Shown here: piece after piece, positions 1 through 12,475 of the stretch | How positions within the stretch are numbered: position 1 is the stretch's first letter | Layout: every line of letters starts with the position of its first letter | NCBI RefSeq assembly: GCF_006345805.1 | Contig: NC_042999.1 | Location: 116,002,001 to 116,066,000 of the forward strand | Source of the DNA: Octopus sinensis | Taxonomy: Eukaryota | Direction of reading: 5' to 3' | Length of the DNA stretch: 64,000 nucleotides | The notes under the pieces: generated by a model | What the model was told of the DNA's origin: nothing | The model's input: the letters and a program-made list of their open reading frames with translations, nothing else | Databases searched by the model: none | Program-made: the position numbers and the translations under genes

Positions 1-499
1 AGTTCAACCAACTTTGCAAGAAAATTGTTGTTACCGTTCCTATCTTCATATTTAGCTGAATGTGGCTTTAGTGCTGTAAATGATTTGTTATTGAAGAAAG
101 AAATCAACTGGATATCACTAAACGAGGAAACTCGAGACTAGAGCTGACTAAATTGGTACCTAATGTAAAACCTCTCTGTAGCAGGCATGAAGCACAAGGA
201 TCTCATTAACTTTAGTTTGCTTTTTCTATATTCAAACATTTTATATTTCAGCATTTCAGTTCTCTATTACATGTTTTTGAAACTTTATTTATTTAACTAC
301 CCTTCCATTTTTTCTTTTTCTTTTTCATGAATGCCACGTTCTTCGGAAGCTTGTTTAGAGATTAAGTTAACAGCCTTTTAAGCTTCCTCCAAGTGAAGAG
401 TAGTAATATTCTGAATAACAAAATTAATTATCACAAGGGGGCATCAGGACTTTAGAAATGATTCGGTGAAGCATGGCCAAAAATCTGTTGGAACCACTG
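1..499 (+). mobile_element. 3' end of a hAT (Charlie/Buster-type) DNA transposon: frameshifted transposase C-terminus (1-209) and right TIR
   Basis: Frame 1 reads LLLPFLSSYLAECGFSAVNDLLLKK; after a frameshift RNQLDITKRGNSRLELTKLVPNVKPLCSRHEAQGSH* (stop 207-209), the hAT C-terminal dimerisation region. Ends in ...gttggaaccactg (499), the reverse complement of a CAGTGGTTCC hAT terminus. Confidence 0.85.
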
Positions 500-529
500 A
501 TATATATATAGATAAATACACACACAACA

Positions 530-560
<31 letters not shown>

Positions 561-608
561 CCACACACACACACACACCACACACACAACACACACACAC
601 ACACACAC

Positions 609-677
<69 letters not shown>

Positions 678-716
678 TATGTATATATATATATACGTAT
701 ATGTGTGTGTGTGTGT
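500..716. repeat. Compound (CA)n/(TA)n/(TG)n microsatellite
   Basis: Directly visible. Confidence 0.95.
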
Positions 717-933
717 AACTGTTTGGACTGTGGGTACATGTCTATTAGTATTTCGATTAAAGCACATTCACCTTTTGGACTACTTGATATCAAGAATTAA
801 AATATAATTTTCGTTGCATCTGAGTCAGAAAATCCGCTGTGTTTGTTGAGTTATAATTTATGAGGGAAACGGAAAATGGATTTAGAATAAAGACACATAT
901 TAAACCCATCGTCCATTTCCCTCGTCAATTATA

Positions 934-976
<43 letters not shown>

Positions 977-989
977 TGTGTGTGTGGGT

Positions 990-1034
<45 letters not shown>

Positions 1035-1039
<5 letters not shown>

Positions 1040-1259
1040 GTTAGCTGAAAAGCTTTATGGTAGCTTTATGGATTTCGCGAAAGGCCTGGTTGGAAGAGGC
1101 CTAACCCTTTCGAGTTCTTTTACTGTGCTTAGAAAAACTAAAGGACCGCTGCAACAAGTGTGTGAATTTGAGGAAGAAATATGTTGAATAAAATCATAAT
1201 TAACTGATCCTCCTGAATTTTTTTTTACCCAAAGCCAGAAACTATTCAGCACCCCCTTG
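1035..1259 (+). mobile_element. Internally deleted mariner element (MITE-like)
   Basis: Imperfect TIRs cgagggttagctgaaaagctt / aaactattcagcacccccttg followed by TA. Internal aacaagtgtgtgaatttgagg...tatgttgaataa reads KCVNLR..YVE*, the mariner transposase C-terminus. Confidence 0.7.
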
Positions 1260-1289
1260 TATATATACATACATACATGCATGCATGTA

Positions 1290-2587
1290 AAGGTCCAGTA
1301 ATGGTCAGCTTGCAGTCTACGGATTCCTGAATCCATACTTGGTGCGTGTTATTAATACGTCCAGGAATGCCAGCCGATTGTCTTTTTCCTTTTCCCTTGT
1401 GAACTGCATGGATGGCTTTATTGAGTTCACATGATCTTCCTGGTGGGGCCAGAGTATAAAGGTGTCATCAACATATCGTAGCCATAGTGTTGGTTCTAGT
1501 GTTGTTGATCCTAAAGATAAATTCTCAAAGTATTCCATGTATATACTGGCTATTACTGGTGATAATGGCGAACCCATAGCTAAACCCTCCTTTTGTCGAT
1601 ATATATCAGTGTCCATACTGACGTAGGTAGTTTCTACACAGAAGGTCAACATTTCCATCAAGTTTCTTATTGGTATACTAGTGCATTCTTTTAGATGGGT
1701 GCGTGTCACTAGTTTTTCTTGTATCACCGATAGTGCTTCACCAGTTGGGACTTTGGTGAACAGGCTTATCACATCTAGACTCACCATCTGGTTGGATTCA
1801 ATGGGAGTATCCTTGATCAATTCTGTGAAGTGGGTGGAATTCTTCACGTACCATGTTGACTTTCCTGCTAATGGACTGATTATATCCACAAGGAAGCGGC
1901 TCAGTGGATAACATGCTGAACCACCACAGCTCACTATAGGTCTTAATGGAATACCATCCTTGTGAATCTTACGGGGACCGTACATGTGTGGTAGTTTACT
2001 GTGGTGTTGGGTCAGTTGTCTGTACTTCATTGGTGTAAAGTGATCCTTGTTCTTGATCAAGATCTGTGACAACTTCCTCTCTGTTTTCAGAGTTGGGTCT
2101 TTCTTTACTTTGCTGTAGCTACCATCACTTATACGACTTGCCAACTTTTCATAGTAGTCTGACTTGTTCATCACCACTGTAGCATTTCCCTTGTCCGCGT
2201 TGGAAGTATTATGATGGAATTGTCACTCTGTAGTCTTTTGATAGCGAACTTTTCTTCCTTAGTGATATTTGGTTTAGGAAGTTTTGCTTTTTCCAGTACC
2301 TGTCTCACTTCCCACCTTAGTTCATCTCTCTGAGCCTTTGGTATCTTTATGGCTATCTCTTCAATAGGGGCTATTATATCCAAGCATGGAATACGCTTGA
2401 TGGTTGCCGCAAAGATGAGACCTTTGTTTAGTACTGCTTCTTCAGAGTTTCTTCTTACATTCAGTTTCTTCTCGATAACTTTATCAATGAGCATAACTTC
2501 TCCTTTCCACTGTTTAAAAAGAAGCCTGTTGCATATTTTGTTAAAGCCATTTAAATCCTTTCGTCGATGTTTGCATCTTTTGTTCAA
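1290..2587 (-). mobile_element. Penelope-like element (PLE) reverse transcriptase, frameshifted and 3'-truncated before the GIY-YIG domain
   Basis: ORFs 2171-2587 (VLNKGLIFA) and 1317-2177: YGPRKIHKDGIPLRPIVS, SLDVISLFT, GLAMGSPLSPVIASIYME, WLRYVDDTF, LAFLDVLITR. A degenerate VYRKPT-like motif lies near 1300-1320. Confidence 0.92.
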
Positions 2588-3286
2588 GAGTAGGATCTTG
2601 TATGTGTTCGAGTGTGAATTGTATAAACGTTATATTTGTTGATGTATAAGGAAGAAACAGCAATGTGCGTATGCCTAGAAATTATTATTGTTGCTGTTGT
2701 AGTTGTTGTACTTTCACTTTTGTTTAAAATAATTTGGATGATATGTTTACAATCTTTGGGTTTTATATTAGGTGAACACAATAGGATGTTGAGAATTGTT
2801 TTAAGTACTTCGTTGTAAAAGGTAAAAAGAAAAGCAAAGAAAAAGAATATTTGTTTAGAGTAAACATCGAATATGCGGAGCTCCATGTAATCTTCAATTT
2901 ATTATTTTTGTTACATTGTATGGCTATGTGTAGGTTGAAATAGGAAATGTTTATTTGCGTTTCAATACGGAAAATTTTCTTGTTAGAATATTATTTACTT
3001 ACAAAAAATATTAGATTTTCCCGAGTTTCAAAAGAGCCAAAGAGAAAATACTTGGAAATTATTCGGTGAATTGCATTAAATCTTAACGAATTCCTGGTGG
3101 CTTGTGCGGCGTTCACATATATTCGCACGCAAACACTCTACACACCCCACGCATATATTCTTTTATATAATATAAATGTATACATATGAATATATTCATG
3201 TACGTATATATTGATATATATATTAATATGAATGCATGTATATATAAACTTATGTACACACATATATAAATATATAAGATAATGGG

Positions 3287-3623
3287 TAAAGATTCCTTTG
3301 GGTCTTGAATGACCATGGGATTGCACCTAGAAAGGTACCCTTTGAAGCACAAGTCCGGGTAAGGTTGTTTATGGAAGACCAGCGGTCACCCTGCATACTG
3401 GTCTCCCCGCTCCACGCCACTGATGTTATCCAAGGGAAAGACAAAGGCTGATACAGCTTGGCACCAGAGAAGTCGCAACTCGTTTCTACAGCTGAGTGAA
3501 CTAGAGCAACTTGAAATAAAGTGTCTTGCTCAAGAACACAATACACACTCCGGTCCAGGAATCGAACTCACTACCTTATGATTGTGAGCCCGACGTTCTA
3601 ACCACTGAGATATGTGCCTTCAC
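3287..3623 (-). mobile_element. tRNA-derived SINE (family A in this report)
   Basis: Minus-strand head with A-box-like tctcagtggttag and B-box gagttcgattcc, followed by gttcttgagcaagacactttatttca. A close copy lies at 14608-14931. Confidence 0.85.
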
Positions 3624-4159
3624 CATAAATATATATAAATGTACATATACATACACACATAAGCACACACACACACACACACGAACACAACTATTAGTAG
3701 CTTCTGAACATATTTGTATATTGTTCCTTTAAATCCAATATTGAGAAAAGGAAGTTATGTTTTTCAATATGGTTTCAGGAATATGTATAAGCTTATACCT
3801 ACGCAACAAGTACAACTGATTTTGACGTTATCTTTACTAAATGGTTTGAATAGGTGGTTGTATTGAGAACGTTATGTATAAGATGTATAAGATGAAATAA
3901 GCTTGTGGCTATATTACATGATACATTCAATGAAGAAGGAATTGTCTTTTATTTATTATTATTTGGGGTGTGGTGCGGTATGATGGTCTATCTAGTATCG
4001 TGACAACAGACAACATGCATTATAACGTGGCACTACTCGACTGTCGAATTCATTCTTCGAATCCTAAATATATGGATTCAAAAGCATCATGTCAGTACAT
4101 GTGACAATCGTTATAGTGAAACTTCTGGCTTCTACAAAAGAGCAAGCTCAGCATAACCA

Positions 4160-4186
4160 ACGATAATAATAATAATGATAATGATG

Positions 4187-4275
<89 letters not shown>

Positions 4276-4367
4276 AATAATAATAATAATAATAACAACA
4301 ACAACAATAATAATGATAATGATAATGACGACGACGACGACGACGATGATGATGATGATGATGATGG
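4160..4367. repeat. Compound (TAA)n/(TGA)n/(CGA)n trinucleotide microsatellite
   Basis: Directly visible. Confidence 0.95.
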
Positions 4368-6905
4368 TGATTTCGTTTATTTGTCACAAGGGCGAAGGAT
4401 GAGGGGACAATACAAAGACAGACATAAAGTGTGTGAGGGTTTACATATAATGAAATAATAAAAAAGAATAAGAAAGAAAGTATACACGGTATACACTGAA
4501 AAAGAAGGAACATATGCATAGCATATAAAGGTTTAAAAAACAAAAGAAGGAGTAGGAATGATGATAGACATGTGACCCTCCTGATACAGGAATGTCTCTA
4601 GCGATAATCGAAGAACTCCGCTGTCCGAGATTTCCCTGAAACCCCAGGCGAAAGTGCTCTCTCCAATTCCTTCTCTCTAACTCACAGGTCTACACTTAGA
4701 GAAGTACCATCCACTCTTGTCATTTTCGCAACTTTCACCCACCTTTCAATAAACTCACTCGAGAACAGCACTTCCCTCTTCACTCTCAATTTCCTTTTCA
4801 AGTGAAACTTGAAGAAGTCAACGAGAGCTCTACCAAAGAGGAATGTATCCGTCCTCATGCCTTTCAGCCTTGTCCACCACACAACCTCTTTCACCACAGC
4901 CACCAGGCAAAGAGAAACTGCCTTGCCTGTCCGATTGAAGGAGGGCGGCGGTGCGATCATCACTATAGACTCGGCCGACAGACGAATCCGTCCCACACGT
5001 AACAGCCGCTGTTTGACATAATTCCACAAGTCAGCAATACCCGGACACTGAACGAGGGTGTGCAGAACGGTTTCGTCACACTGCGCGCAACTCGGACAAA
5101 CCCATCTGACAGCACATCCGTGCCTGTAGAGTTTATCGCGAACCGGTAGCGCCCCCCCCCCCTGTAGCGCTGCCAGGCCAAGGTCATCCGGAAATCATCC
5201 ATGATAGTTCCCGACCGGAAAGTCCTCCGGAACAGACTAGCCGGTTCGTTCTCGTCGGCGCCGAGAACGTCGTTGCACTTCTCCGCCATTAACCCTCTAT
5301 AAATTGCTAAATTGGAGCATCCACCGATCCCATTGTCCAACTGATAAAGGTCTGTGAACGCCTGACGATATTCTAGGTGCCAGGCGCCCAGTCTCGGTCT
5401 TTTCTTTATCCAGGCCTGCAGCTCCGTCAAGGAGACGAGCTGCAGAAAGACGAACCTCACAAACGGAGACCACACACGATCACCTTCCAGAAATCGTTGC
5501 AGGTGGCGTAACCTAAAAGCGTGTCTGCGCATTAGGAGCTACGGCATACCTAATCCGCCACTCAGAAGATGCTGGCAACAGGCTGACTGCCTGACCATTG
5601 GAATGCGTCTCTACCACAATAACTTAAATAAGAGACGCCTCAACCTGGTCAAACAGTAACAGGGACAAGGCACGACGGTCAGGTGATAAATAATAACGGA
5701 GGCGATGTACACATTCGCCACCTCTGCCCGACCTTTCAAAGACAGCTCCTTCTCAGCCCATTTTTTGGTAAGACTGGCTACCCTGTTCGCCTCCTCGTCC
5801 CAGTTCTTATCAACCAGTTCGAAAAGGAGGCTTCTTAGCTGTTGCAGCTTCTGAAGCAGTAGCTCGAGTGCCAATACGTACAGAAGAGGCGACGGTGGGC
5901 AGCCCTGATGGACCGAGCGTGCGATGCCAAACGGCTCCAATAGGTGGCCGTTTACTTTGACCATTGAAGAGGTACCGCTGTGCATTGCAGCGATCCAGCC
6001 TCTGAAAACGGGTCCGAAACCGCCTACTTTCAGTACAGCTTTCAAGTAGTGATGGTCGACCCTATCGATTGCTCTTGATTGATCCAAATTGGTCAGAGCA
6101 CCCACGAAGCCAGCTTTGGTTCCAGCCCTCTCTATGATATATCGCATAAGGTGGAGGTTGTCGTGGATAGACCTGCTCGGGATTGCGGGTGTTTGCCATT
6201 CTGCGACCAGGCTACCAAAGACAAGCGCCAGCCTTTTCGCTAACACCTTGGCCAAAATCTTAAACTCTGTGTTTAGCAGAGTTATGGGCCTTAGTTCAGA
6301 CAACGAAACCTTCGTGTTTCGCTTCGAAGGATCATTCTCGCCGTTAACACACCGGTCGCAATGCCCTTTTTAATCGCTTCTTCTAATTTGCTATCTAGTT
6401 CACCCTCTGATCTATTCCTTTCTATTGCTAACTCTTTCCTAACTGCGATCGATTCTGTTCTAATCGCTCTCTTCAGGGTGGCTCATCAACAGGTGTTGAC
6501 GATTGCCCTCGTCAACTGTCACTTAACTAGTTCACTAATCCGATACTTGTAGTCTTTGCGTACCGGAAAGGTCACGTTTAACTTCCAGTAACCTGGTCCC
6601 TGTCTACGGGTCCTAGCTAACTCGACTGTGCAGATCACCAACTCGTGGTATATGTAACCGACCAATTCCAATTGTAAACAACCTACACTATCCCTATTCT
6701 CTGACCTAACAAATGCTCTATCTAGATACGATCTGGGTGACCCATTATGGTTGCTCTATGTCCACACTGGCACAGTCGATACCTATCAGGCAATTGGTAG
6801 TCTCTGAGTAAGTTTTTGAGGCATCCCCTTCTTCTGTGTACTAGCTCCACACAATCCTTCCGTGCGTCCAAAATCCCATTCCAGTACACTACTAAATTGC
6901 GAGAT
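4368..6905 (-). mobile_element. Tx1 (L1-clade) LINE remnant with internal deletions
   Basis: APE endonuclease pieces (WNGILD, SYLDR, GPGYWKLN) at 6570-6900. RT in ORF 5611-6303 (LRPITLLNTEFKILAKVLAKRL, LDQSRAIDRVDH, SVHQGCPPSPLLY), with the YADD block deleted. C-terminal region extends to 4682. The 3' UTR ends in AATAAA next to (CAT)n. Trinucleotide repeats flank both ends. Confidence 0.9.
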
Positions 6906-7072
<167 letters not shown>

Positions 7073-7073
7073 A

Positions 7074-7103
7074 TACGAAGTCTGTTCAAAAAGTATCCAA
7101 CCT
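7074..7103 (+). mobile_element. Isolated mariner-type TIR fragment
   Basis: TA-cgaagtctgttcaaaaagtatccaacct resembles mariner termini; no partner TIR found. Confidence 0.4.
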
Positions 7104-7130
7104 GTGGGCATAAAAATCAGTTTTTTAGAT

Positions 7131-7165
<35 letters not shown>

Positions 7166-7502
7166 TATCATTTTTTCTTATGCTGTATACCCTGTATACT
7201 TGCATTCATTACTTTTGTTGCTACTGGACGCTATGCAAGCATTTTTTTTTCAATTATTCCATTCTGTGTAAATCCCCACACTTTACGCCTGCCATTGTAT
7301 CTTCTCCATCATTCGTCGCCCTGGCAGTAGATAAAACCACCAATATCACCACGACGACGACGACGACCACCACCACCACCACTACTACTACAAGTAGTTT
7401 TATTTTTATTATATGATTATGTTTATCGGATACAAAACGAAATTTTACAGTCCAGGGAAAATTTTTGTATTTATGTATTTTACATCTTCATATTGAACCC
7501 TT

Positions 7503-7731
7503 ACACACACACACATATATATATGCATATATATATATATATGTATGTACATATATATACATACATATGGAATAGCATGTATATGCATTTTATATATGTG
7601 TGTGTCTGTAAACACTCATGTATGCATCTACACACACATGTTTATATATGTATATTATTACAAATATACATGCATACATATATATATATATACACATATA
7701 TATATATACATGTATATATATATTATAAATG

Positions 7732-7780
<49 letters not shown>

Positions 7781-7784
7781 ATAT

Positions 7785-7837
<53 letters not shown>

Positions 7838-7861
7838 GCATACATGGATATATACATATAT

Positions 7862-7897
<36 letters not shown>
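7503..7897. repeat. (TA)n/(CA)n low-complexity tract
   Basis: Directly visible. Confidence 0.95.
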
Positions 7898-8042
7898 TGT
7901 TAGAGAAAGGGAGAGAGAGGGGGGCACAACGTTATTGATTCCTATCCATATATCTATATCTTTTTGCGCATGTGTGTCAGAAAGAGGGAGAAAGGAAATG
8001 ATGGAGAAAGATCAAATGTAAGATTGCTTCTGCATGTGTGTG

Positions 8043-8099
<57 letters not shown>

Positions 8100-8512
8100 T
8101 TAATAATCACTTTAGGCCTCTTCAGCCGTATTTTGCTTAATTATCTCATTTGTTTATAAAGCAATTCAATACGCGGTCGGCCGTCCGGCTGAAAGTATGT
8201 ATTGCGTGCGTGCTATGTTTAATATTGATAGAATATGCAACACAATGAAAACTATAGCCACGCGCTAATCGATAATTATAAGATCTTTTGATTGTAAGGC
8301 GTGTTGCTTTCCATCAGTTTTCTATCTCATAAATTTCCGATCAGTTGGAAGAAACATCGAGATCAAAGTGTTCCAATATTATACCAATGATTTGACAAAA
8401 GTTTTCCTTGTAGCTTAAATCGCATCGTACCCTACTGCATATGAGTGTGTGCATAAAAATGCGTGCATGTCAGTATGAGTATGTGATTGTATATACATGT
8501 GTATGTTTTTAG

Positions 8513-8693
8513 CCCAATATCATCGGTATTCATTTAGAATCGCTTCGTCGCTATCGTTCGTTAATGACCGGGAAAGAAGCATTAATGTCACCGGGTTCCG
8601 TTTATCTCTTCTATAACTCGAGAGCTTCATGCCTCATTTCAAAATGTTTGCCCAGCGGACAGAATGCTGAAGGAATTCATAGCTCAATCATTC
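8513..8693 (+). other. Candidate internal exon of an unidentified gene
   Basis: Unique CpG-containing 181 nt between tttttag and gtaagt, with one open frame (PNIIGIHLESLRRYRSLMTG...GIHSSII). No protein family recognised. Confidence 0.25.
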
Positions 8694-8842
8694 GTAAGTT
8701 CGCGTAATTCCTTTTAAAATGCTGTGCAACGAATTATGTATGTATGTGTGGATGGAAGGATGGATGGATGGATGGAATGATGGATGGATGGATGTGTATA
8801 TACATACATACATACATACATACATATGCATACATATATATA

Positions 8843-8937
<95 letters not shown>

Positions 8938-9253
8938 CATATATAAATATAATAACTTACTGTGATATATAATATATATATATATATACATATATAAATG
9001 CAATATCTTACTGTGATATATATATATATATATATATATACTAAGCAATAAGGGTTTAGCAACGAGTTGCCTTACCACATACCGAATTTAGAAATAGCAG
9101 TCAAAGGGTTACATATATATTAATGTTTGCTTATATATTTAGTTATAAAAAGTCAATTTTACATTAATTTGAGGTGTTATCCATACTTTCGTAGAGTGTA
9201 AATTTATTACTCGTTACAAGAATAGTATTGACAGCGACTTCGAAGTAACCGTT

Positions 9254-9408
9254 TTCAAACTGAAAAATGTATGTTTTACAGGTTGCTTAAATAGCAAAAA
9301 ATTTTTTATTACATGTATAGATGCAAAAAAATACACATAGTATGCATATTTGTAAGAGAAAATCTTTTGCTATTTAAGCAACCAGTAAAACACATTTTTC
9401 AGTTTGAA
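9254..9408. repeat. Inverted repeat (~58-bp arms, ~37-nt spacer)
   Basis: ttcaaactgaaaaatgt..ttttacaggttgcttaaatagcaaaa..ttaca pairs with tgtaag..ttttgctatttaagcaaccagtaaaacacatttttcagtttgaa. Confidence 0.85.
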
Positions 9409-9443
9409 TACTGTACCAAGGACTTTCTCTTTATTATTCTGCT

Positions 9444-9516
<73 letters not shown>

Positions 9517-9634
9517 ATATATATATAAATATATATAAAGTTAATCCAAACAAGAAAACAGAAAAAAACACAGCAACGCGAGGACGTGGAACAATTAAAG
9601 TATTATTTGACGCTCAGGAAAGAAGGGAAGGAGG

Positions 9635-9670
9635 GTTTAACGTTTCGAGCGGAGCTCTTCGTCGGAAACA
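9635..9670 (-). ncRNA. Minimal type-I hammerhead-like motif with a core mutation (CCGACGA)
   Basis: Minus strand: gttt-CCGACGA-a-gagc/tcc/gctc-GAAA-cg-TT-aaac. Confidence 0.55.
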
Positions 9671-9820
9671 AAGGAGAAGGAAAGATTCCGAGAAGGGAAG
9701 ACAGAGGAAAAAAATTTTTTTGCTGGTGGTGCTCAAGAGATCACATATTGAAATAACAGAAGTTGAAAGGTAGACGAATCATGATTTTTTAAAAACAAGA
9801 GAGTTTCAAAGACAAGGAAT

Positions 9821-11110
9821 GTGTGTGGGTGCGTGTGTGTGTGTGTGTGTGTGCAAGGATGACAAGTGTGTTTGTGCGTGCGTGCGTGTGTGTGTGTATG
9901 TATGGTGAATAACAGGCATGGCAGGCCAGCTGTCATAAAGGAGTGGCACTTTTTTGTGTCCAGCAAGGTCAAAACCACGTCGAAAACAAAGGGGTATATG
10001 TGTGTGCGTGTAAGTATATTATCGTGTGTGTGTGTTGTTTGTAGTGTGTGTGTTGTTTGTAGTGTGTGTGTGTGCATGTGTGTGTTCGTGTGTGTATGCG
10101 TAGAGTTTGGGTGTGTGGCGAGTGACTGTTCTTAACTTAGTGTATGTGTGCGTGTGTGTTTGTACGTGCGTGTGTGTGTGTAGGGATGTATGTGTGGGTT
10201 CATTTGTGTGAGTGTGTATGTATGTGCGTATATGTGTGTGCGTGTATGTGTGCGTTTGTATGTGTTTCTGTGTATGTGTGCGTGAGCGGTTAGGTGTATA
10301 TTGTGTATGTATATCTGTCGGTGTGTATGTGAGTTTGTGTGTGTTTGTACGTGTGTATGTGTGTGTGCGTGTAAAGTATATATATGTAAATGTGTGTGTG
10401 CGTAGTGTGTGTACGTGCGTGCGAGTGAATGTATGTATATATGTGCATGTGTGTACAATGTAGAGGCTTATATGTGTGTATGTGTGTGTGTATGTATGTA
10501 TGTATGTATATGTATGTGTGTGTATGTATGTATCTATGTATGTATGTGTGTACGTATATGTGTGTATGTTTGTATGTGTGTATGCGTGTATGTGTATGTG
10601 TATGTATGTGTGTATATGTATGCGTGTGTGTATGTATGTATGTGTGTGTATGTGTGTATGTATGTATGTATGTGTGTGTATGTATGTATGTGTGTATGTG
10701 TGTGTATGTGTGTATATGTGTGTGTATGTATGTGTGTATGTATGTGTGTGTATGTATGTATGTGTGCCTGCGTGTATGTGTGCATGTGTGTGTGTATGTA
10801 TGTATATGTATGTGCGTGTGTGTGTATGTATGTATCTATGTATGTATGTATGTATGTATGTATGTGTGTATATATGTGTGTGTGTATGTATGTGTGTGTG
10901 TATGTGTATGTATGTATGTATATGTATGCGTGTGTGTATGTATGTATGTGTGTATGTGTGTGTGTATGTATGTATGTATGTATGTATGTATGTATGTATG
11001 TATGTATGTATGTATGTATGTATGTATATATGTATGTGTGTGTGTGTGTGTATGTATGTGTGTGTGTATGTATGTATGTACGTACGTATGTATGTATATA
11101 TATATATATG
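9821..11110. repeat. Long (TG)n/(TATG)n microsatellite field
   Basis: Directly visible; it produces the 200-383 aa spurious ORFs in the track. Confidence 0.95.
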
Positions 11111-11479
11111 ATCCATTGTAGAGATCCAGAGATTCTCAGTATAGAAGACATCAGTGCTCAAAAGATTCAAACTTAGACTCCAATGTCTTTACACGGAATC
11201 GATTCCGCGGGGTAAAGAATGTCTCTAAGATGGATCAAGTTGAGTGGATACAGAGGCAATTATGCGGATAAACTAATGAGATGCATTAAATATAATAGTC
11301 TGGGTGTGAAATACAAAATATGTATATATGTATACATGTACAAGCAAGACGAAAGAAAACAAAAGGTAGAGACTTTCAGACGATGAATATTTAAGTACGA
11401 ATATATAGATATTTATATTAATAGATCCAACTTACACAAAGTACAAATGAGAAAATTGAAGGGATGGAAGGTGTTATAA

Positions 11480-11546
11480 GTTCAACAGCTGTTTCTGGGG
11501 TTCGGAGATCCATGCTAATGTTGGTATATGTAGTTCATCAGTGTAG
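11480..11546 (-). ncRNA. Degenerate hammerhead motif
   Basis: Minus strand CTGATGA...ccca-GAAA-cagctg-TT. The core and palindromic stem III are intact; stems I and II pair poorly. Confidence 0.5.
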
Positions 11547-11950
11547 AGAAGATCCTACATTTCAGAGCTTAATGCAGAGAAGTTCAAAGATGGAACTCGT
11601 CTCATATATATATAAAATTAGATAGGGGTTGTAAATTCAACCCTCCATGGGATAACATATATCCAATATACTGCTAGAGAAGTACCCAACAAAACTAATA
11701 CATAAATGTTAAAAATTGCGATGCAATTAATTCATCTACTGTATTATGTGGGAAAGGGTAAAATTATTACCGTAAATTAATAATACAAAATGAGAAAATG
11801 GAGAAATATACCTAAATTAATCATCAACCATCAGATAATACCCAATCAGTACTTTATTAAACCATTACACAACAGCAGTTATATTATACATAATATATTA
11901 CAAATATAACAAGACATAGAAATAGAAATAGAAAATACATTTATATTGTA

Positions 11951-12061
11951 TCTGACAGCTGTTTCGGCCGTGAAGACAGGTATGTCCCATTTAACCTATT
12001 AGCTATATAAAGCAGGTATAAATGAGACATTAACAAGAATGTCTCACGACGTCTTCAGAGA
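11951..12061 (-). ncRNA. Type-I hammerhead ribozyme motif with an extended stem II
   Basis: tct-CTGAAGA-c-gtcgtga-gaca...tgtc-t-tcacggc-c-GAAA-cagctg-TC-aga. Confidence 0.7.
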
Positions 12062-12311
12062 ATTTAATGTAAGTATGAAACAAATTTACATATAAATATA
12101 AATATGTGTGCATAACCATATAATGTTTTGTTGTCTCTTTTTTGTATCATCTAGCTGCCTGGATATTTTGCCTGTCCCATTTTTTGTCGCATATTATGAT
12201 GAACTACATCTACTAACGTTAGTAGATGTTTGGAGTCAGTTAGGCATAAAGGAGAGGAGGCACCGTCTATAAGTAGAGAGTCGGAACAAGTTTCATTTGG
12301 AAGGCTAAAAT

Positions 12312-12470
12312 CTACCATTTTTGTATTCATTATTAATTACTCAAAATCTTTCGTTTTTTAGGTTCTACCATTTTCGTATTCATCATTAATTACTCAAAAA
12401 CTTCTTTCTTTTTTAGGTTCTACATTTTCGTAATCATCACTTATTACTCAAAAAATTTCTGTTTTAGATC
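12312..12470 (+). repeat. Three ~53-55-bp tandem copies upstream of the transposase ATG
   Basis: ctaccattttYgtattcat..ttaattactcaaaa..tttttag, three times. Confidence 0.8.
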
Positions 12471-12475
12471 TCATC

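Noticed and set aside
3545-3623. tRNA-like A and B boxes here and in other SINE heads
   Set aside because: They continue into SINE bodies and are multi-copy; I could not build a full cloverleaf, so they are not called tRNA genes.
10019-11176. ORFs of 200-383 aa on both strands
   Set aside because: Translations of (TG)/(TATG) microsatellite. The same applies to the other YI/HT/CV-rich ORFs in the track.
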